From positions 1-58,140 of the forward strand of contig CALJZV010000083.1 of assembly GCA_937983475.1 (NCBI GenBank): a stretch of 58,140 nucleotides of DNA. The letters run 5' to 3'. The stretch is from an uncultured Verrucomicrobiales bacterium. GTDB taxonomy: Bacteria > Verrucomicrobiota > Verrucomicrobiia > Limisphaerales > JACDHS01. Position 1 is the first letter of the stretch; each line of letters opens with the position of its first letter. The notes beneath the pieces are model-generated. The model saw only the letters and a program-made list of their open reading frames with translations, was not told the DNA's origin and searched no databases. This document shows, one piece after another, positions 52,791 through 58,140 of this stretch. A program made the position numbers and the translations under genes.

Positions 52791-53221
52791 TGGACAAAAT
52801 CAAGCCCACACCCCAGCCGACAGTCTACGTCGTGCAAGAAGTGCGCGGGCGCAACCTAACCGACGCCGCCCGCTACGGCGACCTCGTAGCCCTGTTGCCG
52901 CCGGGGGAACAGGTTTTCCTGAGGCCAGAGGATACAATTAACACGCTGCGCCGCGCGCTGCGAGACTTTACTTCCGACGACTACCTGTTAGCCATCGGTG
53001 ATCCTGCTGCCATAGCCATCGCGAGCATCGTGGCTGTGGAGGCGAGTGGAGGTTTGTTTACAATGCTCAAGTGGGACAGGGAGCATCGGAAATACTACAA
53101 GATCCGATTAGATATGCGCAAAGCTAAGAAAGGAGAATCATCCAGCGATGCCAATCAAACCGAAAAAGAAGGTGGCCGCCAAAAAAGCGGCGGCTACAAA
53201 GAGCCGAACCAGATTATCTAA
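52790..53221 (+). CDS. Hypothetical conserved phage protein
   Basis: TAATG junction with the upstream gene. The 3' 74 nt overlap the next gene. Confidence 0.5.
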   Translation: MDKIKPTPQPTVYVVQEVRGRNLTDAARYGDLVALLPPGEQVFLRPEDTINTLRRALRDFTSDDYLLAIGDPAAIAIASIVAVEASGGLFTMLKWDREHRKYYKIRLDMRKAKKGESSSDANQTEKEGGRQKSGGYKEPNQII

Positions 53222-53873
53222 ACCCAAGGGCACGGCCAAGGCACCACCGCCCGGCCTGCCGTTTGACATGTTGGAGAAGGATGCCGAGGCACGGGCCGAG
53301 GGCCAAGAGGATACGCTCGCGCTCGTCAGTAAATACGCCGCCGAGGTTGAGGAGTTGGACGAGACTGAGGCGATGCTGCTTGCCAAGGTGGAAACCATTG
53401 GCGCGCGGCGCACAAAGTTGTTGGAGGACGATATACCAAAGTTGATGGAGCAAGTGGGCCTCGCCAGTTTTAAGTTGGAAAACGGCGCGGAGGTTGTGGT
53501 AGACGAACCCATTTATGCTTCCATCAGTAAGAAGAATCAGGGTGACGCTTACCAGTGGCTCCGTGATAACGACCATGAGGACCTCATCAAAAATGAGATC
53601 AAGGTTGCGCTGGGCAAGGGTGAGGACGAACTGGCCAAGTTGGTGATGAAGTATCTTGTCAGCAAAAAGATCGATTTCACACAAAAGGAGAGCGTCCACG
53701 CTGGATCATTAAAGGCTTTTGTGCGCACGTTGCTGGAGGAAGAAGCGCAGCCCGGCTACACCGCCGAAAAATTGCCTCAAGACCTATTTGGCGTTTACCG
53801 GCCCAAGATAGCCAAGATCCAAAAACCTAAAGTAAAGAAAGGAGGCACCCACAAAACCAAGAAAGGAGAATGA
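53148..53873 (+). CDS. Hypothetical protein with a Lys/Ala/Pro-rich N-terminal tail
   Basis: AAAGGAG RBS. N-terminus PIKPKKKVAAKKAAATK. Confidence 0.5.
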   Translation: MPIKPKKKVAAKKAAATKSRTRLSKPKGTAKAPPPGLPFDMLEKDAEARAEGQEDTLALVSKYAAEVEELDETEAMLLAKVETIGARRTKLLEDDIPKLMEQVGLASFKLENGAEVVVDEPIYASISKKNQGDAYQWLRDNDHEDLIKNEIKVALGKGEDELAKLVMKYLVSKKIDFTQKESVHAGSLKAFVRTLLEEEAQPGYTAEKLPQDLFGVYRPKIAKIQKPKVKKGGTHKTKKGE

Positions 53874-53939
53874 CGTAGGTGCGTCTTTCTGCCGTTTAAC
53901 CTTTAACCCAATTGAAAACCAATAGAAGGAGATAGGACT

Positions 53940-54968
53940 ATGGCTCTCAAGCCCGTAGGAAAGAAGAAACCAGCGACTAAGCCGCCCAAGAAAAAAGCGG
54001 CCTCCAAGAAGCCCACAGCGGCCACCGCTAAAAAGAAGCCCCCGGCCACACCGCCGCCCCCAGCAGTGGAGGAGGAAAGTGCCATCGCCACCGAGGAGGC
54101 TCCCGAGGAAGAGGCTCCCCAAACTGCTGCCGCCCCGGCAGTGCGGCAGTCAACGGAAGTTGGCCCGGCCGACGCCTTTGACATGCTGGCGCAGGACAGT
54201 CAAGAGCAAGACCTTGGCTTTGGCCAAGAGGACCTTGAGCTGGCGCGCATTATGCTGCTGCAAAAGTCGAATGACCAATGCACGCCCGGCCATGAGGACC
54301 ACATCGCCGGTGCTCAGCCCGGCATGTATTATCACACTGTGACGAAGGAGATCTTCGACAGCGTGACTGTTATCCCCGTCCACTATCAGCGGATTTATAC
54401 CGAGTGGACTCCGCGGGACGATGGTGGCGGCTTTCACGGCACGCACGACCCGCACAGCAACGTCGTGCAATCGGCCACTCCGCACGAGGAGAACAACCGG
54501 GTGCTTGTGATGGATAATGGACATGAGCTGGTGGAGACGGCGCAATACTTCTGCCTCTTGGTCAAAGAGGACGGAACTCTTGACCCTGTCGTCTTCAGCA
54601 TGAAGGCTACCCACTGGAAGGCCGCGCGGAACTGGAACACCGTAATGTCGCGTCAGCGCATTACGCACCCCAAAACCGGGCGCACGTTCACGGCCCCTAT
54701 GTTCTCAAATATGTATTGCTTTGGCAGCGCGCTGCGCACCGAGGATCAATACAGCTGGCACGTTCCGGAGCTGGAGGGTCACGAGGCTCTGGACTTCGCC
54801 GATGAGGATGCGTTGGCGGCCTATGCCCAAGCGCGCGACCTTGGCCAGCAGGCCCGTGAGGGGCTGGTAAAGGCCAGTGCTGAGGTAGACGTCAGCGGCC
54901 CCCGTGATGTGGATGCAACCGTTGAAGATGATGACGGTGGCGGTGGGAACGGCCAACTTCCGTTCTAA
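53940..54968 (+). CDS. Hypothetical protein with a Lys/Pro/Ala-rich N-terminal tail
   Basis: GAAGGAG RBS. N-terminus KKKPATKPPKKKAASKKPTAATAKKKPPATPPPP. Confidence 0.5.
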   Translation: MALKPVGKKKPATKPPKKKAASKKPTAATAKKKPPATPPPPAVEEESAIATEEAPEEEAPQTAAAPAVRQSTEVGPADAFDMLAQDSQEQDLGFGQEDLELARIMLLQKSNDQCTPGHEDHIAGAQPGMYYHTVTKEIFDSVTVIPVHYQRIYTEWTPRDDGGGFHGTHDPHSNVVQSATPHEENNRVLVMDNGHELVETAQYFCLLVKEDGTLDPVVFSMKATHWKAARNWNTVMSRQRITHPKTGRTFTAPMFSNMYCFGSALRTEDQYSWHVPELEGHEALDFADEDALAAYAQARDLGQQAREGLVKASAEVDVSGPRDVDATVEDDDGGGGNGQLPF

Positions 54969-55045
54969 TTAACCGTTCGCATCTAATTGCGCGGCGGGGT
55001 TAGTTCCCCGCCGCGCTCACATTCTAATCCGATAGCTGACTAACC

Positions 55046-56623
55046 ATGGCCACCAAACGCACAACCAAAAAGAAAAAGCCTGCCGCCCCACCGCCACCGC
55101 CCGAAGAGCAGACGATGGCGTGGCAGTTCCACACCTTGTTTATGGGATGTGAACACAATCACGGGAAATACATCCTCACCAAGGAAACCACCGAGCAGTC
55201 TGCAAAGGGTAAGACCACCGGCAAGGCTTGGACGGCCCCCGGCCCCGCCACCGTGGAGATGTGGGACGAGCACCTTGCCGGGCGCAACGGGCTGGGTGTA
55301 AGCCCGATCCGCAAGGATGGGAAAATATATTGGGCCGCGCTCGACATTGATGTCTACAACACCGACCTAGAAAAACTCAGCCTCACCCTCAAAGACCATC
55401 CCATCCTCCTCTGCCGCACCAAGTCGGGCGGCGCACACCTTTTCTTCTTTTTCAAAGACCCCCTGCCAGCCATAACCGTCCGCAAGAAACTCCAGGAGCT
55501 GGCTAGTAGTTTAGGTCACGGCGATTGCGAGATATTCCCCAAGCAAAGCAAGATCACCAGTAAAGACGACAGCGGCAATTGGATCAACGTGCCCTATTAC
55601 GACCACGAGGTCACAACCCGTTACTGCATCTACCGGGGCAAAGACCTAACCGCTGAAGAGTTTTTAGCCAAGGCCTACGAAGTGCGCATGGACGAAGAGA
55701 CGCTCGTAGGCCTTGCCGTTATCGACACCACTAAGGACCTCGACCTACTGCCCGACGGGCCTCCCTGTTTGCAGCTCCTGTTGAACCAAGGCATCATGGA
55801 GGGCCAACGAGACGTTGCGATGTTCAACGTGGCCGTGTGCTACCGCAAGAAGTTCACTGAAAGCTGGCGGCAGGAACTGGAGAAGACGAACAGGGATAAC
55901 TGTAAGCCGCCGCTAAATAGCGAGGAGATTGGGAAGATAATCAAGTCGGTGGAGCGGAAGGATTATTTTTACCAGTGCAACAACGCGCCGCTGAAGAATT
56001 ACTGCAACCGTCAGCTGTGCATGACGCGCCCATTTGGCATCAATCCGGAGGATGAACTGCCGGACTTTAGCGGGCTGACCAAGGTGGAGACGGACCCGCC
56101 CATGTATTTCGTCACGGTAAATGAGGACAGGCTGGGGCCGGTCTCGGCCAATGAGCTGCTGAACCAAAGGCTGTTCCAAACGCGCTGCTTTGAGGGCGTC
56201 AACATTGTCATTCCCCAAGTGGCCGCAAAGGACTGGCGGCGTGTGATGACCACCTTAACCGAACGCATGGACACCATCAGCATCCCCGAAGAGATGACGG
56301 CCAAGGGCCAGCTGCTCCAACACTTGCACGACTACTGTGATAAGAACAGCCGTCCCGACCGTGAGAAGCTGGTGAACTATAAAGTGTGGGAAGACGACCG
56401 GGCAATTTACAACTTCCGCATTGAGGGCTTCATGCGTTACTTGGAGCAAGTGCGCTTTAGAGAGTTTACGCGGCAACAAGTGGTCAGCATTTTCCACAAC
56501 ATAGGCATGAAGAAGCGACAACTCTGGGTCAAGCAGCGGCACTTCAACGTCTGGCTGTTGCCGAAGCCCGAGTATGAAGAAATTGTCCACGAGACCCCAC
56601 ACATTGAGGAGCCACCGTTCTAA
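55046..56623 (+). CDS. AEP-family primase-polymerase with a PriCT-like domain
   Basis: AALDIDVY (DxD), KSGGAHLFFFF (sGxH), and PPCLQLLLNQGIMEGQRDVAMFNVAVCY. Confidence 0.7.
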   Translation: MATKRTTKKKKPAAPPPPPEEQTMAWQFHTLFMGCEHNHGKYILTKETTEQSAKGKTTGKAWTAPGPATVEMWDEHLAGRNGLGVSPIRKDGKIYWAALDIDVYNTDLEKLSLTLKDHPILLCRTKSGGAHLFFFFKDPLPAITVRKKLQELASSLGHGDCEIFPKQSKITSKDDSGNWINVPYYDHEVTTRYCIYRGKDLTAEEFLAKAYEVRMDEETLVGLAVIDTTKDLDLLPDGPPCLQLLLNQGIMEGQRDVAMFNVAVCYRKKFTESWRQELEKTNRDNCKPPLNSEEIGKIIKSVERKDYFYQCNNAPLKNYCNRQLCMTRPFGINPEDELPDFSGLTKVETDPPMYFVTVNEDRLGPVSANELLNQRLFQTRCFEGVNIVIPQVAAKDWRRVMTTLTERMDTISIPEEMTAKGQLLQHLHDYCDKNSRPDREKLVNYKVWEDDRAIYNFRIEGFMRYLEQVRFREFTRQQVVSIFHNIGMKKRQLWVKQRHFNVWLLPKPEYEEIVHETPHIEEPPF

Positions 56624-58140
56624 TGTATAACAATCTCCACATGCTGCTGGGGCCGCCCGGCACGGGTAAAACCACGCGGTTGCTCAAGATCGTAGAGGAG
56701 ACGCTAAAGGCTGGCACCCCGGCCAACCGGATAGCGTTTGTGTCGTTCACCAAGAAGGCCACCGAAGAGGCTCGCGACCGGGCCGTGCAGACCCTCGGCC
56801 TTGGCCGTAATCAGTTCCAATGGTTCCGCACGCTGCACAGCTTTGCGTTCCGCTGCTTGGGCATGACGCGCAATGAAGTGCTGGACAAGAACCACTATCG
56901 CGAAATCGGCGCGCTCATTGGCGTCCCCATGTCGGGCTATACCAACTTTGAGGACGATGAAGATGCGGGCAAGGCCCACGAGGGCGACTCTATGTTGTTC
57001 GTGATTAACCTTGCGCGCATCATGGAGGTTCCCCTTGATTACGCCTTTGACAAATACAACAACGACGAGCGCATCGACTTTGCCGAAACCAAACAACTGG
57101 CCGCCACCATCGACGACTATAAACGCAAGCATGGGATGTGCGACTACTGCGACATGATTGCCCGATTTGCTCTCAGCGACGACCCCTACATCCCATCCCT
57201 GCACACGCTGATCGTAGACGAAGCGCAGGACCTCAGTCGTCTTCAATGGCGCATGGTGCGCAAGTTATACAAAGCAGCCGAGGTGAGTTACTTGGCGGGC
57301 GATGACGACCAAGCAATTTATGAGTGGGCCGGTGCCAGCGTGGATGACTTCATTCGCGTTGGTCGGGAGGCCGAAACATGCGAGGTTCTGGATAAGAGCT
57401 ACCGCCTGCCGCGCGCTGTGTATGAACGCGGCTTGGATATTATAGACAACGTGGAGGAGCGGCTACCCAAGGATTGGACACCCCGTGAGGAACAGGGTTA
57501 CGTGGAGACCTATCCGGACCTCAGCCATGTTGACATGGGACCAAAGACTGGCAGTTGGCTGGTGCTGGTGCGCAACAACTTTCTCATTCCGACGGCGGTG
57601 CAGTTTTTGCGTGAGAGCGGGCTGCCTTACCAGACCCGTAGATGGTCGCCGGTTACGTGTGAGAACTTAAAAGCGATCCGCATGTGGGAACGCCTCCGCA
57701 AAGGCGGCAGCCTTACGTTGGAAGAAGTCAAAGAGGTCTACGGCAAGATGCCGCCGCGCCGTGAGTTTGTTGATCCCAAGCGTAGGAACTTGAAAGGCGC
57801 GGACCCGGATGGCCAGTTCACCCTTGCCGTGCTCAAGGAACACCACGGCCTGAACACCGAACGCGTCTGGTATGAAGCCCTGATGAAAATACACGACGAG
57901 GAGCGTGAGTATTATCGCGCCGTGTTAAAGGGCGGCGAGCCGCTTAACAAGCCGCCGCGCATCACGGTGAGCAGCATACACGGGGCCAAGGGCGGCGAGG
58001 CTGATAACGTGTTAGTGATGCCCGATGTGAGCTACCGCACCTATGACGGCATCCGCACCAACGCCGACTGTGAGCATCGCGTGTTATACGTGGCCGCCAC
58101 AAGGGCCAAGCACGCGCTCCACATTATCCAGCCCCAGACA
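56623..58140 (+). CDS. SF1 UvrD/PcrA-like helicase, open at the window end
   Basis: TAATG start. GPPGTGKTT, LIVDEAQDL, KSYRLPR, IHGAKGGEADNV and LYVAATRAK motifs. 506 codons with no stop. Not in the supplied ORF track. Confidence 0.85.
   Translation, partial: MYNNLHMLLGPPGTGKTTRLLKIVEETLKAGTPANRIAFVSFTKKATEEARDRAVQTLGLGRNQFQWFRTLHSFAFRCLGMTRNEVLDKNHYREIGALIGVPMSGYTNFEDDEDAGKAHEGDSMLFVINLARIMEVPLDYAFDKYNNDERIDFAETKQLAATIDDYKRKHGMCDYCDMIARFALSDDPYIPSLHTLIVDEAQDLSRLQWRMVRKLYKAAEVSYLAGDDDQAIYEWAGASVDDFIRVGREAETCEVLDKSYRLPRAVYERGLDIIDNVEERLPKDWTPREEQGYVETYPDLSHVDMGPKTGSWLVLVRNNFLIPTAVQFLRESGLPYQTRRWSPVTCENLKAIRMWERLRKGGSLTLEEVKEVYGKMPPRREFVDPKRRNLKGADPDGQFTLAVLKEHHGLNTERVWYEALMKIHDEEREYYRAVLKGGEPLNKPPRITVSSIHGAKGGEADNVLVMPDVSYRTYDGIRTNADCEHRVLYVAATRAKHALHIIQPQT
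58041..58140. repeat. Right copy of the imperfect terminal overlap (pairs with 10-109)
   Basis: 89/100 identity with no gaps. Confidence 0.8.

Noticed and set aside
56704-57246. 180-aa reverse ORF inside the helicase region
   Set aside because: The forward frame is open for 506 codons and carries every SF1 motif. The supplied track lacks it only because it has no stop within the window.
1-58140. CRISPR arrays, integrase/attachment sites, repressor-type lysogeny module, toxin-antitoxin pairs, reverse transcriptase/DGR
   Set aside because: I saw no spacer-repeat arrays, and no Tyr or Ser recombinase, RT or CI/Cro-like motifs in any listed translation. Absence by eye is weak evidence and needs HMM confirmation.

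Overview
The window looks like a complete or near-complete genome of a tailed dsDNA phage, siphovirus-like (tape measure, tube and lambda-J-like tip). No host flanks, integrase or repressor were recognised. There are four blocks. (1) 1-12.4 kb, + strand: a Lys/Ala/Pro-repeat protein, then a tightly coupled nucleotide/DNA-modification operon (aGPT-Pplase1-like, radical SAM/SPASM, GT-A-like, ThyA-fold hydroxymethylase, HD nucleotidase, DUF1599/MazG-like), a family-A DNA polymerase and a VRR-NUC nuclease. After that come seven small genes, driven by four near-identical sigma70-type promoter/leader cassettes, with a degenerate fifth copy ahead of the first gene at 143-201. (2) 12.5-41.2 kb, - strand: M15 endolysin, tail fibre and tip, tape measure, chaperones with a GGGAAAC -1 slippery site, tube, neck, a membrane/secreted cassette embedded in the head module, capsid, scaffold, portal, TerL and TerS. 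(3) 41.2-42.1 kb: a divergent non-coding control region full of TACTAC/GTAGTA iterons, with a palindrome inside a candidate leftward promoter. (4) 42.1-58.1 kb, + strand: orphan C5-cytosine methyltransferase, a stand-alone Spo11/Topo-VI-A-like protein, SNF2 helicase, DnaQ-like exonuclease, AEP primase-polymerase and an SF1 helicase that runs off the window end. The last 100 nt of the window are 89% identical to nt 10-109, so the two ends overlap but are not identical. The strongest candidate for new biology is the modification operon. It has thymidine-hypermodification hallmarks but lacks the expected 5-hmdU DNA kinase and PLP enzyme, and carries a SPASM radical-SAM and a GT-A-like enzyme instead. 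All family assignments come from motifs read by eye in the supplied translations; no database search was run.
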